From NCBI GenBank assembly GCA_044892505.1, contig CM097882.1, positions 363,320,001-363,384,000 of the forward strand: a stretch of DNA of 64,000 nucleotides. Direction: 5' to 3'. Shown here in pieces: positions 37,410-50,152 of the stretch. The translations under genes and the position numbers were made by a program. The DNA comes from Schmidtea nova. Lineage: Eukaryota. The notes beneath the pieces are model-generated. The model was given only the letters and a program-made list of their open reading frames with translations, was not told the origin of the DNA and searched no databases. Each line of letters starts with the position of its first letter. Within the stretch, counting starts at the first letter, position 1.

Positions 37410-37990
37410 ATTCGCTTCCTTTAGAAACATTAATCATATCATTCGGAGCAAAATTTGCAGCTTTATAATTTGAAGCGGCAGCTTTATAATTTGAAGAGGT
37501 AGCTTTAAAATTGGAAATCTGCAGCAAAATATGCCGCAAAATCATTAAAAAGTCCTGCTGCAAAACAGGTATTATTGAAAGCTACGGCATTATTTACATC
37601 AAAATTGGAAGCTGTATCAGAATAATTATTTCTTGCTAAAATCATAAATTTAAATAACAATAAATAAATAAATAATTTTACCGTTGATTTCAGAGATATT
37701 TGCGACATTAAAGTTATTGAAATTAATTGGATCGACATTTAATCTTGCTAAACCAATAAATAAATAAAGTTACTTAAATAAATTAATTTACCATTTATTT
37801 CCGATTCATTAAATTTTCTTTGGCCTGCATTATTTTTATTATTATTTGCAATATTATTATTATTATTTGCAATATTAATTCCTAAATTCAAAATAAATAA
37901 AAAATATGAATAAAAATTAATAATAAATTTACTATTTACTCCATAGAATTTTCCAGCGACACGTCGTTGATTATTAATATTTGTATTCAT
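37410..37990 (-). CDS. Four-exon Asn-rich micro-exon unit, copy A (37933-37990, 37792-37881, 37682-37747, and 37635 to either 37505 or 37410)
   Basis: Three GT-AG introns of 51, 44 and 46 nt, all phase 1, give a continuous frame; TAA at 37505, or continuation to a T|GTATGT donor at 37410 with a 1-nt frameshift. Confidence 0.65.
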
Positions 37991-38109
37991 ATTTGAAAAT
38001 TGATTTAAAATTGATTTAAAATTTCTGTTGAATTATTGAGATTAAAAGTGACGAAAACATGAAAGTATAGTGTATATAAAGTAAAATAATTTCAAGTTTT
38101 ATTAACCAT

Positions 38110-38121
38110 CCAATCAGATTC
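38110..38121 (-). promoter_or_regulatory. CCAAT-box motif CCAATCAGATTC
   Basis: Identical 12-mer also at 50075-50086 (reversed), 54302-54313 and 60720-60731, each about 60-130 bp upstream of an ATG. Confidence 0.6.
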
Positions 38122-38494
38122 GAGATATGATAGGGAAATGTATGCACACATCCTACATGATTGTTTATGTCACGATAGTTGTTATGCGACTACATAAAGA
38201 CATGCAAGTTCACGACCTCAAGTATCTTTATGTCATGGCTTTATCAATAGAGGCTTTGTTGATGTCATCATGCTTTGTCAATTACATGTGACGAATAATT
38301 TAACAATATTTATAAAATAATAATAATTTAATAATATTTATAAAATAATAATAATAATTTATAAAATAATAATAATTTAATAATAATAATAATAATAATA
38401 ATATTAATAATAATATTAATAATAATTGTAAAATAATAAAAGGAAAAAAAAACAATAATATCCATAAATAAAATTTATTAAAATAACACTACAT

Positions 38495-38914
38495 TTATTG
38501 TTTTAAATAATCAATAACTGCACTCAAACATCCTTTATAGGCACACATACTATGATACCTGTATGGACATGATATATTATCTGGAACATCTTCAATTTCT
38601 TTAAAATTATATTTAATTAATCTCAATATCGGGAAATATTTCTTCAACGCTTGGAGTTTATCAACATCAGTGACATAGAAAATAGCACTATTATCTTCAA
38701 TATCATTATCCATAATGCACGTTGGGCAATAGTAATCTTGACCTTCTTACCATTCTAATCGATCGGGTATTCCAATTCCAGCCCAGAACGGTAAATCATT
38801 GTATATATAATACTTTGGTTTATAAATATTGTTAACGTTCATAATACATAATTCTTTAATAATTAATCCTCCCATATCATTATAACCCTAAATATCAATA
38901 AAATAACAAGTCAT
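38495..38914 (-). pseudogene. Maelstrom/DEDD-like accessory gene, copy A (in-frame stops)
   Basis: Homologous to 60892-61368 (FIDI.GY..IIKELCI..CPY..H..CAYKGC); two stops. Confidence 0.75.
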
Positions 38915-38947
38915 TTTTTCACAATAAAATTTATTAAACTAAATTGT

Positions 38948-39324
38948 TTATAACATAGATTTAAGCCATGCAAGGCAATGTTGACCACAAGTAGTCGAGA
39001 ACGGATGTTGATAACGAATTCTATTATATACAATCGGTTTACCGATAGTCTACAATTTACTGACTAATAAATTTGGATAATATTATCCAAATGGATAAAA
39101 TACATGTATTCGATCCGGTTTCATGAAAACAGCAATCCAATGTTCACCGCCCAAAGAAGATATCTGAGTATTTACAATGATGGCTTGATTAATATCCAAA
39201 TACGGAATTTTATCTAGTGGATAAACTCCAATAAATTGATTTCCCAATAGTTTTTTACCAAGTCTATATACCTGAACAGAACTAATTTAATTAATTATTT
39301 TAAATAGTATAAAACTTACTCCAT
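38948..39324 (-). pseudogene. Adenain-like cysteine protease, copy A (intron 39282-39319)
   Basis: ATGGA|GTAAGT..TAG|T; GEHWIA and CGQHC motifs; two stops and FDP changed to FYP. Confidence 0.88.
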
Positions 39325-39360
39325 GACAATTTGAGTAGTTTTCCTAATTCATTTATAACA

Positions 39361-39487
39361 GAGCTCTGCTCAAACTAATAATGCTTGAGCTCTGATCAAA
39401 CCAGTAATGTTTGAGCTCTGCTCAAACCAGTAATGTTTGAGCTCTGCTCAAACCAGTAATGTTTGAGCTCTGCTCAAACTAATACTG
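39361..39487. repeat. 26-bp tandem repeat (4 full units plus a partial) overlapping the MCP stop
   Basis: GAGCTCTGCTCAAACCAGTAATGTTT units at 39361, 39387, 39413, 39439, 39465. Confidence 0.9.
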
Positions 39488-40685
39488 TTCGATTGGCAGT
39501 AATTTGTACTTCATTTTCAAAGACTCCAAATATTATTACATGAACCGGTTCCTCAATAGTTTTACCAAATTTGATATCTAATCGTAAATTCCCATTTTGA
39601 GGTATTTGACTTTGATTCAAATCAAAATCGGGAGCCAATACAAATGTAAAGAATGGATAACTTGATTTAAATTCATCGAGACTTATACCACAATTCAAGT
39701 TTTTATCCAAATATCCTAGATTTCGTAAAAGACTTTGCATATATGTAGCACTAAAATTATCATTTTCAAAATCCTGAGTATATGTTTCTCGGTAATCGGT
39801 ATTTTTCGACAATGATAATGAAGTTACATTGAAATGTTTGAATGCAGATGAAGTTTCAGCATAAGATCCATATATAGGTTTTCAGTTTGAAAAGCTACAA
39901 GAATGAAATTAGGCATTCTTCTATCACCAAATATTTGCTCCTTGTAAAATGATGATGCCCCTTTATCGATAGCAAACGATACGATTTCTTTGGATTTTAT
40001 CGGATAAATTGCATGTTTGTTATTTAAACCGATTTGATGTCCTGCTAATACTGAAGATTCACACCGAACTCTTCGAACCATTAATTTTACATCTACTAAT
40101 TGGTTAACCAGTTGCCGATTTCAATGATAATGCAGAATCAGATCTCTTTAGTCTAATATGTACATTAACTCCGGGTAGTAAGTATTTAGGTTGATCCATA
40201 AAATCAAGTTGTAATGATGAACACATTTTGAAAAATTTCGATCCCTTGATCCACTTTTTTCTATCGTCAGATGAACCATATCCGATTGGAGTAAGACATG
40301 TTTCTTTTGTATCGTTAGTATAATTTAAAACAGTTTCGATTATTGCCTTGTGTGCATATGTATTGTTTCCACCTTCAATTTTTATATTATTAGATCCAAG
40401 AATCGCATCTTTGAAAAGTGTGTGAAACAAGTAATTATTAGGCACTACATCACTCGCATCAACTAATTTATTTTTATCCTTATCTACAACTTTAACAGTA
40501 ACGCATAATTAAGTATCGTTCAAATCTAAATATTCGGTTGCCGATCCGTTAATGTAAAATTCAACATCATTTCTACTATCTGTAAAAGAATTAATTGGAA
40601 ACACATCTTCAAACGCCCCATATTCAATAACTGATTGGGGTAATGGTCGATCAAAAATACATAATTCAGATTTACCGCAAATCAT
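39474..40685 (-). pseudogene. Major capsid protein (double jelly-roll), copy A, frameshifted
   Basis: MICGKSELC.. through ..ANRTVLV, collinear with intact 61851-63071 but split over several frames. Confidence 0.92.
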
Positions 40686-41032
40686 CATTCACCTTTCATT
40701 CGACTGTTTATACGCTTTCTACCCTTTTTACGTCTTGGTCCTAACGGTTCAGGTTCCGGTTCATTTTTTGTAAACATATTTGTAATTGAAGGAATCGCCT
40801 TTGATACAGCATCCATAGCATTCGTTTTCAATGAAGGTAATATTTTCTGATCTTTCATGATAAAATCTCTAGCAGTTTTCATTCCAAAACTACCTAGTCG
40901 CTTAAAGATTGGAAGGGCAAATCTTCCACTAGTTTTCAACCAACCTGATCCATACTGTTTACCTACAAAAAACGGTAATTCGCCACCAGTTTGGCTATTA
41001 CTGTACAAAGAAACTATATCGGGATTACTCAT
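40685..41032 (-). CDS. Small basic amphipathic protein (putative membrane-lytic/core), copy A
   Basis: Intact 115 aa; QTGGE and QYGSGW motifs, amphipathic GWLKTSGRFALPIFKRLG, basic tail. Confidence 0.75.
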   Translation of the reverse strand: MSNPDIVSLYSNSQTGGELPFFVGKQYGSGWLKTSGRFALPIFKRLGSFGMKTARDFIMKDQKILPSLKTNAMDAVSKAIPSITNMFTKNEPEPEPLGPRRKKGRKRINSRMKGE

Positions 41033-42051
41033 CGCTTTTTCGAAAATGTAGAGTCAAATGAGTTTTTGAATCTTTTGGAAAGTTTATTAAATTTCCTCTA
41101 TCGTCTCTGATATTAATTTCTATATTGTTTAGAAAAGACGTTGAAACAGTTAAATACATTGGATTTCTACTTGTATTTGAACAACTTCATCCTGTTTATG
41201 TTTTTCAATCTATACCGATTTTACCATGGGAACTAATGAATCGCCAACAATTAGAGGATTGCCTATATTACTGTAAATGAACATTTGTTGATGAAGTTTA
41301 ATTATTTTCGGTTTATTTATTCCTACATTTAAATATCCATCTTGAGCGTATGTTGCTTTTGCTAGTCCTAACGTTTTTACGAGGTTACTGTCAAATGTAA
41401 TTTCACTAATATCATGATTCAAACTGAATTTGAAGTAAATATCATCTATCAATTCCAATGATTTAAAGATACTTGCACAATTTTGAATCATATATGATCG
41501 CATTTCATCTAATGTCGATATGTATAAGTTATCTTTAAATGTATATACAAAATCAGTATCAGCCTTGTACTCCATCTTGAATCTAATTTTTTAAAATCTT
41601 TCGCCAACTTTGTTATACGTATTTAGGTAACGGTATCTTGTATGTATCCGTAAGACTTTCAGAACTCTGTTTCGGTAATCCTAATCTTTTCGCCATTGCC
41701 AAAGTATCAAATGTTATAGTGAATGAATACTGATCACAGGTGAAATAAATAGAATTCTTATCGCTAGACATTTGAGCAATATCATCGGCAGGATTAGATA
41801 TATCAACTTCATTTTTAGATTGTCAATTACTAAATTTTTATATTTTGAGTGCAAAGTTTTTATTTTGTACCGAATTTCAGCTTTACTATAAAATAAAAAT
41901 GATTATACACAAATGTAAAGTCTAAGAGAGCGTCTTCCCAAATACCGTCTAAATAAATCGGATTTTGTAGATTGACCATGAATTTACTGGCACTGTTTTC
42001 TGGATGTATATTAGGACAACTGTTGCTTAGTAAAATAATGTAAAAATTCAT
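41025..42051 (-). pseudogene. Minor capsid (penton) protein, copy A
   Basis: MNFYIILLSNS..PENSASKF..L.G.WE start and YSNI..IVGDSLVP..TLHFRK end; frameshifts. Confidence 0.88.
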
Positions 42052-43092
42052 TGTATAAGGTTTTTTGATGATATCCATGATGGTTCTTTATATCCATGCC
42101 ACTTGACATAGTATTGTTTATCTTTACCCACCATTTTGGTTTTCAATATTTTTTGAATTATAAATATTGTCGGAGGGGGAATAACATGTAATTCTTGTTC
42201 ATAGAATTTCCCACTGACTATATTGTTATCAGAGTCAGAAATAGTATACATGACAGGACTCTGGACTGTGTTGACTTTCAATATTTTAAATACCTCATCG
42301 CTCCAATTACTATCAAAATTTTTAATGAATGGTGATGCACTAACTTTACTAATTTGAACATGATCACCAATTTTACATTTTGGTTTCTTTATTTTTGTAT
42401 CACTCAAGATATTTTCAGTATCAACTACTTCAACAGGTTTCTTTCCATTTATACCTCGAGCAGAATGATTATAACTGTGAATCATTTGTGATAAAACAAT
42501 AATCCATGTTTTGTTCCCTTGATGCACAAAATACATTTTGAGACGATCCCTCAAGGTACGATTAAATCTTTCAACATGGGCTGCTTTGAATTGAGAGAAT
42601 AACGAGTAATGATTGATTCCCTTAATAATTTCCTTGACTTTACTGTTGTAAAATTCTTTCCCTAGATAAATAATTAATATTTTATAAAATATTTATTAGC
42701 TCACCCAAATCAGTTTGTAAATTATTCGGACGACCAGTTTTGAACATTGTTTTGATTGCAATTGCCATATCATTAGCAGATTTAGATTTTACTGGAATAG
42801 CTCGAGCAAATCCACTGTAAACATCAATACATGTTAAAATATACTTGTATCCCTTGTTAATCTTTGAATTCGGAATCATTTCCATCAAATCCATTTGCCA
42901 CAAATCATTAATTCTATATGTTTTGTATGCTCGTGTCGGAAATCGTTTCTGTATCCGTTTGTTTAGACTGTATGCAAGTTGCCCCGATAACCAACTTTGT
43001 GTCTGTTGTTTCGTATTCGATACTTTTTTGTCTAGCTTTTCGACTCCACCAAAACCGGCTAAGTCTTTTGGGTTCGTCCATATCTTCTTCAT
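42048..43092 (-). CDS. Maverick retroviral-like integrase with C-terminal chromodomain-like region; exons 42705-43092 and 42048-42661; 333 aa
   Basis: 43-nt GTGAG..CTAG phase-1 intron restores LQTDLGKEFYN; D (WQMD), D (QTD), E (VERFN); YYVKWHGY. Confidence 0.9.
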
Positions 43093-43147
43093 TACAACAA
43101 GAAGATTTAAAGTTTAAATTAAGATTAGGCAATGATTGGCCCATTGT

Positions 43148-43690
43148 TTATGACCGTTTTCCTAATAAACCAGCACCTCCCAATAATGATAAAGCTAGTG
43201 GTAACAGAGATGCGATGAATCCTCCTTGTTGTTTATATATTAATTTACGCATTAGTTTTCTATTTTTCGTTTTTACGAGTGATAACAATGGTTTCTTGTG
43301 TTTGTTCAAAACTCTTCTATTAAATTCACTTATATTGATTTTACCTCTAACAACTTTAATTAAAATCATTAATAAATCATCAATAACGTAATTAGGAAAT
43401 GATTGTAAAATACTCATTCTTCTAATACTTGGGGCTTTAAGTAATGCATTGAAAAATGGGAAACTACGATGATGTATTTGTTTTGGATTTGGGTTGTAAG
43501 TATTTTGAATACGATTACTCTTTGGAATATTATCAATAAGTAATTTTTTAGATGGTGTATAACTGGTTTTTGCAATTGGTTTCTTTGTTTTCTTTGTAAA
43601 TGCTTTCTTTGAAACTAGTTTCTTTCCCGGTTTCTTTCTTTTTCTAGCCTTTATCAAACGAGAAAGCTTTACTCTAGATTTCATTACCAT
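43148..43690 (-). CDS. Basic core-like protein ending in QQGGF plus a hydrophobic tail (180 aa)
   Basis: MVMKSRVKLS..; Lys/Arg-rich N-terminus; KQQGGFIASLLPLALSLLGG. Confidence 0.7.
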   Translation of the reverse strand: MVMKSRVKLSRLIKARKRKKPGKKLVSKKAFTKKTKKPIAKTSYTPSKKLLIDNIPKSNRIQNTYNPNPKQIHHRSFPFFNALLKAPSIRRMSILQSFPNYVIDDLLMILIKVVRGKINISEFNRRVLNKHKKPLLSLVKTKNRKLMRKLIYKQQGGFIASLLPLALSLLGGAGLLGKRS

Positions 43691-43711
43691 GATTGATAAT
43701 ATACATTTAAT

Positions 43712-44335
43712 TAACTTTTTTTTATAAACCATGGCTCCTTCCTTGTTGAAAATATCTGTTCTAACTCTTACATCATAACTACATTGTTGTATGAAATCAA
43801 GAAAAAGATATCCATGAGGGGCTTTTGTGGCATCTTGAAACGCATCAATCAAGAAATTCCGATTAGAAGGGTATGCTTGTCTTGCAAGAAAATCAATAAC
43901 TGTTGCATCTCGAGGATTTTTAAAAACAACAAGATATTGAACATTCAAATTCCGAGTTCAATGACTGCCGCCTGATGAAATAAATTCTGAGTAATAAAAG
44001 TAACTGTAACATCTTTGTGTCTAGCGATTTTTGTAAATAATTTATTAAAATAACCTTTCTTTATTTGCTTCTTGATACAAGTCACCAAAAATAATCACAC
44101 CTCCTTGACGTAATCTAGATGACCAATTTTTATCGAAACCTTTTATGATTGTCATTATTATTTAAAAAAATTGATCTTGAGTCATTCCATGTTCATCATT
44201 TGCACCCCTATGCCAATAAATTTTATTAAACTTTGATTTGAATAATTTTGATTGTAATAATTTACAAACAAATAAAGTTTTTCCATTCCCGCTCGGGCTT
44301 ACAATTTGAAACACTGCATTATTTCTTAATTCCAT
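43712..44335 (-). pseudogene. FtsK/A32-like packaging ATPase, copy A
   Basis: Walker A-like SPSGNGKT, RH..VT..ITQNLF, FKNPRD, PHGYLFLD; several frameshifts. Confidence 0.88.
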
Positions 44336-45366
44336 TTTTCAAATTTTATTAATTTATTATTATTGTTTATATTTGTTTTAAATAATAGTAGTTTTTATTA
44401 TTGTCATATTTAAAAATCTTTCATTAATGATTAGCAATATAAATTATAAGGGTAAGACTGACGTATCTCACAATAATTTTCAATAATAAACTTATACTAT
44501 TTCAATAATAATATTAATAATAATATTAATAATATTAACTTATAATATTAACTTATANNNNNNNNNNNNNNNNNNNNNNNNNNNNNNNNNNNNNNNNNNN
44601 NNNNNNNNNNNNNNNNNNNNNNNNNNNNNNNNNNNNNNNNNNNNNNNNNNNNNNNNNNNNNNNNNNNNNNNNNNNNNNNNNNNNNNNNNNNNNNNNNNNN
44701 NNNNNNNNNNNNNNNNNNNNNNNNNNNNNNNNNNNNNNNNNNNNNNNNNNNNNNNNNNNNNNNNNNNNNNNNNNNNNNNNNNNNNNTTTATAAAAAACTT
44801 TTAAACTTTAAACTTTTAAACTTTAAACTTTAAAAAAAAATAACCATCACAAAAAATAAACAAGTCAAAATTAATTTGATAGTTTTAATTGATTTCACAA
44901 TTTATTATAAAATCAAAATATAAGGCCCTAAAGAGGACCGATTGTTCTTTCTCATATCTTTTTCCTTTCGGTTTTCATAATCTCTTTTCTCAATCAGTAT
45001 TCTTTTCGGTTTCGGTTTCGGTTTCGAGTTCGGTTTCNNNNNNNNNNNNNNNNNNNNNNNNNNNNNNNNNNNNNNNNNNNNNNNNNNNNNNNNNNNNNNN
45101 NNNNNNNNNNNNNNNNNNNNNNNNNNNNNNNNNNNNNNNNNNNNNNNNNNNNNNNNNNNNNNNNNNNNNNNNNTTTTGTTTTCAGTTTTGTTTTCTGTTT
45201 TCAGTTTTTTGTAATCTAAATTTTCTAAAATACTTTTTTATTTTTTACACAATAATAAATTGTGGCCCTGAAGAGGGCCGATTGTTCTTTCTCATATCTT
45301 TTTTCTTTTTTTTGGTTTTTTTTGATATTTTTTGGTTTTTGAAATTTTTTCCTATCATCATTCTCA

Positions 45367-48300
45367 TCATCCAAAGTAGTCCCGAGCCATAGGATCATAG
45401 AAATTGTACAGATCATCTTGTTGTTGTTGTTGTTGTTGCTGTTGCTGGTCATCATCTTCATCGTCATCATCACCTACAAATATAGTGGTGTCACCCCCCA
45501 TATAATGTCCATACGCCAAACTTTTATTTTTCCCTACCCAATTGCGCTTATCATCCCTACAGCTTAATGCCCTCTTTTGACTTTTTACACCAAAAAGTTG
45601 GTGGTTTTTAGATGTTATTCTAAACTGGGGACCATATAGATCTTATTATTTTTATAACAATCCAGATACGACTGGTGTGTTAGTCCAGTATCTTTCATGC
45701 AAATCCCCTTAGCTTTCATACCAGCCTCATCACCCATTAAGCTGTAGCATTTCGGTCGAAGAAACACCCACTCTTTATACAGCATCCCTTTACTCTCGTC
45801 TTTGAACTTGCCAATGACAGAATCAAGGTTTCTGCTGTATAAAGGATCCATAAGGTCATAATTGGAAGTGTCCAGCAAGCAATCATTAATCATAGCCGGT
45901 AAAAGAATGTCAAGGCTACAGTTTTTTACCTCAAGAAAAAAGGAATCAGTTTCCCAAGCAACGATGTTAATCTTACAGTTGAAGTCGTCACGATATTTTT
46001 GTAACTCTTTATACTGTAGCTGGTACATACGAAGTTTGGATAAATCCAGTATGGTTTGTCCGATGTAGCTGGGTCTATCTAAACATACTGATACCTTCTG
46101 CAGCAATACGGAGATCAGGCCATTGTCGATTTTATTGGTCTTTTTAGAAGTAGGCTTTGATGTGTAAGTCAGCAGTTTTTGTGCTGAATTACACAATCTT
46201 AAATTTATTCTTTTTTTTGCCGTAGAGACTATTATTTAATAATTTATAAAAATTCTTATCGAGCTTATTTGTAGATGCTGCTCGTAAGTCCGTGTTAATT
46301 TTAATATAATTATAAAAAATTTTGTTTTGATTAAATTTAATAGCCCTGTGGACTTTTGTTATAATAAAGCCTAATTTGATAAATAGTTGCAGAAGCCGCC
46401 AAAGTTCTTCTTTGGAAGATGCGTAAGCAACAGCTTCTCAGCCTTGGATCCCGGTGCACACATCTTTTCAGCGGCAACTGGAAGATCATCCAGTTTGTCG
46501 TGAATTGATGCCTGAATTTCCAAATCCACTTCTATAGTGTAACCATAATGAAGTGTATCTAGATTTTCCGATGTACACTGCAGCACGATTTAATTTAATA
46601 AGTGGTCATCTGTGACCCATTCGAAATTTGAACATGGCAAGGGTTGGCTTAAGGCCCACCCATAAAAATTATTTATGTCAATATATAGTAAAGCGGTATC
46701 CGGGCTCGTTTTGACATAATGTTTATGGACAAACGTTAGTCCGCCACGTTAGTCCGACATGCCGGGAATTCCGAGAAAATTTAAAGGCTCAAGCTTGTTG
46801 TGATTTATGGATTTAATTCGGAATTGCTGAAAATAGTCAGCTAAGAGAAAAACGTCCAGTTTTAAGTAAACCATCATGTAATCGTAAAGTGATTTACATG
46901 ATGTTTCTATCCATATTTTATGGGCAGCAGCATATTCAACTGGAGTTACATCTTTCCATTTTGGAGGTAAAGATTGCGTGGATTTTAATACTTCTAAAAA
47001 GGTGGCAACATCATAAGGAAAAATACCCTTGACTGTTACTATAGTGCCGCGAAATTCAGACTGTGTTAAGGGTAAAGATGTTAGTGTTTTTACCGCATGG
47101 CTCAAAGACTCCCTCACAAATTGGTACGAGTCAATAAACTTAACTGTAAGACTATCTATATAAGCAAAAAGGCTCAAGAACTTTTCGCTAGTCAAAGAAA
47201 TACAACTAATATTCCAGGTGTTATATTTGGAAAGACCGTATTTTAATATATGGTGGAGGTCATACCCTTTTAAATTGTGAAAAATAACAGGCAAAATGTG
47301 TCTTATTTGCAGCGACTTGTTACATTCTGAGCAGGCAGCTCCAAGAAATAGACCGGTAAAATGGTCATGGTCCCTAACTGGTGAAACTAAAAGTTTTTTA
47401 CATAAATAACAATTAGTACTATTATCAAAAGCTCGTTGTTGAGTGGCTGTGATAATCATTTTCTTTCTATAGTTTTTAAAATAATACGGAGTCACTATAT
47501 ATTTACTTATAGACTCAATTGGTCAACACAGTCTAAACCTACGAACGATTTGTAAATACGAACTCCAGTAAAATTATTTATCAGAAGGAGACCGGCAGCA
47601 ATGGGAAGATGCTTTTGAAAAAAAATTATGTCTTTGGGTAATATTGCTTCAAAGTCAGCATATATTACAAAAGGAGGAGTCACTGTTTTTTTCCAGTCAG
47701 TAAACTCTAGATATTTATTTTTGGGTAATGTATACAGGGTGGTACCCAACTGATTTTTAGTACAGAGACCCTTATGACGATTAAAAGCCTCATCGTTCCT
47801 AAAGCCATTCAAACAACGAGGGCACCATTGACTACAAATACGAACTGAGGTAATGGTGCTATTGCGGCAATTTAAAAAACGATTCAAATCGGTTATTGCC
47901 AGATAATGGTAATTATCTTTACTTTCTAAAAGGAGTAAATTTATTGGTATTGCCCCAACTATTTTGCTGCGATAAACTATATCGATAAAGGGATGTTTCA
48001 GCACTACATTTTCGTCATTATCACTATCACTAACATCTATTTGGGCCTTTTCATCATAAGTAAGTACATTTATACTGTAGCCGGGGTTTTGTCTTTCGAA
48101 TTTATTTATATTAGCCAGTTTCATCGGCATATCATTAGGGTCAAATTTAATTTGTGAAAGATCGTAGGAAGTAGACTGGTGTCGATATTGGCGTTCTATA
48201 CTGTCATATTTAACAATGGCCAGGAAACTATACAGAAAGCAAAGGTTGTCGTTGTTGTTGACATTGACTAAACAACTTAGGTTTTTCAAAGTTGAAGGAG

Positions 48301-49671
48301 TATCTATATAACTACTGCCGCTTAGCCTACTTATCTCAGAAAATTTTGTAAGGACAAAACTTATATATTCTATTTTGGAGATTGTCCAGTTGCTCCCCTT
48401 TTCATTAATTTGTATAATTTTCTCATTTAAATTAGTGATACCTTCTTCAATAAAGGTATCACTCCACTCTCTGGCAGAATTTGAGATTACAAAAGATTGT
48501 AATTCATCATCCTTCTCAAATTCCACCTTGAGACAAAATTGAATTTTGCATGATTTTAATTTATATATATATATGAATTTAATTTTTCTAATAATATATC
48601 CGGTACAGAGACCGTTTTAATATTAAATTTAATACATCCATTTTAATGATTACATGGGTATCGTTCAAGTCGGAATTAACTTCAACAATACCCATACCAA
48701 TTTGATTATTATTTATAATATTATTAATTTGAGAAAATTCATCATCATTGACGATGGTTATTTCATCATCATCATCAATGATGGATATAATATCTATATT
48801 GCTACTTTTATTATAAATATTAACATCTTCATNNNNNNNNNNNNNNNNNNNNNNNNNNNNNNNNNNNNNNNNNNNNNNNNNNNNNNNNNNNNNNNNNNNN
48901 NNNNNNNNNNNNNNNNNNNNNNNNNNNNNNNNNNNNNNNNNNNNNNNNNNNNNNNNNNNNNNNNNNNNNNNNNNNNNNNNNNNNNNNNNNNNNNNNNNNN
49001 NNNNNNNNNNNNNNNNNNNNNNNNNNNNNNNNNNNNNNNNNNNNNNNNNNNNNNNNNNNNNNNNNNNNNNNNNNNNNNNNNNNNNNNNNNNNNNNNNNNN
49101 NNNNNNNNNNNNNNNNNNACTGATGTCGATTATGATTATTTTTTTAGGAACTGAATCCATTATTGTAGTGTTTTTTCGTTTATTATTTTGTAAATTATTA
49201 TTTAGATTAGTTGTAGTATTTTGTAAATTATTATTATTAATATTTAGATTAGTTGTATTATTTTGTAAATTATTATTTAGATTAGTTGTATTATTTTGTA
49301 AATTATTATTATTATTATTTAGATTAGTTTTATTATTTTGAAAATTATTATTTAGATTATTTGTATTAGGAATATTTGATAAATTATTATTTAGATTATT
49401 TGTATTATTATTATTATTATTATTATTATTGTTGGTATTAGAAATATAATTTTTATATAAAGAATTAAAAAGTGATTTTTTCGACGGCATATACTGTGAA
49501 AGATGTGACCTATGAAAGATAAAAAATTCCTTATACGATTTCACCTCAATAACTTTACATTTTGGGCAGAGGAGGTGGGTGACACCATTATATTTATAGG
49601 AATAGTACTTTTCCATAATGACATGACAATCATTATGAAAACTACTATAAAAAAAATTTGATAAATTGAGC
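45367..49671 (-). pseudogene. pPolB copy B, full length but frameshifted
   Basis: CPKC, NQIGMG, VIYADFE, DHDH..CSECN, KGIFPY, DINNFYGWAL, WETDS (dead motif C), FLRPKCY; contains an N gap. Confidence 0.92.
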
Positions 49672-49869
49672 CTGAATGTAATGAAAAAAATTAAAATCAA
49701 AGGCTACAATTAAAAAAAAAATAAAAAATTAATCTTTAACTTAATAGATAATTTCATAAAAAATAACCTTTTTTTAATTGAAGTATTTATATTTAAAATA
49801 ATAGGTAATTGTTTAAAAAAAACATTTACATATTATATTAAATATAAACTTTTAATATTTATTCATAAT

Positions 49870-50150
49870 AATCAAAGTTCTGGGGGGAGGGGGTCTTTGT
49901 TCTTTTTTCCACCTACGCAATGAGTCATAATGTCTTTGTTCCCGGCTCCACACATCTACCTACTTAAGCCTTTGTTGATTTCATATTATTGTGTGACTCA
50001 TGATTGCAACAAAGATGCAAAAGAAATGCATGATTCTGATTGGTTCAGTGAATAAAGACATGTTATGCATACTTGAATCTGATTGGTTGATTGTGTGTTT
50101 CATTTTCTTGGTATATATACAATGAACATTTCACAATAATTTATAATTTA
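49870..50150 (+). promoter_or_regulatory. Putative promoter with TGASTCA sites, reverse CCAAT boxes and TATA
   Basis: TGAGTCA near 49921, TGACTCA near 49994, CTGATTGG near 50036 and 50079, TATATATAC near 50112, ATG at 50153. Confidence 0.5.
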
Positions 50151-50152
50151 CA

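Larger units (their letters stand above)
33270..44550 (-). mobile_element. Maverick/Polinton copy A (decayed, full gene complement)
   Basis: Contains pPolB, Maelstrom-like, protease, MCP, membrane-lytic-like, penton, integrase, GG-motif core protein and ATPase genes, all minus strand; left boundary inferred from the terminal motif shared with copy C; right end lost in the gap. Confidence 0.85.

Noticed and set aside
39361-39487. CRISPR-like array
   Set aside because: Units are contiguous with no unique spacers, no cas genes, and the context is eukaryotic; the same applies to the repeats at 30205-30290 and 34060-34640
43148-43948. Single 266-aa protein from the ORF track
   Set aside because: It is the ATPase C-terminus read through an A-run into a separate downstream gene starting at 43690
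44889-45392. Separate gene downstream of pPolB B
   Set aside because: Low-complexity duplicated tail (KRYEKEQS twice) broken by a gap; no start or splice structure that I could support
35560-49671. One giant Maverick with two polymerases
   Set aside because: An N gap at 44557-44786 separates the A gene set from pPolB B, and the sequences are diverged; two adjacent elements is simpler, though unproven
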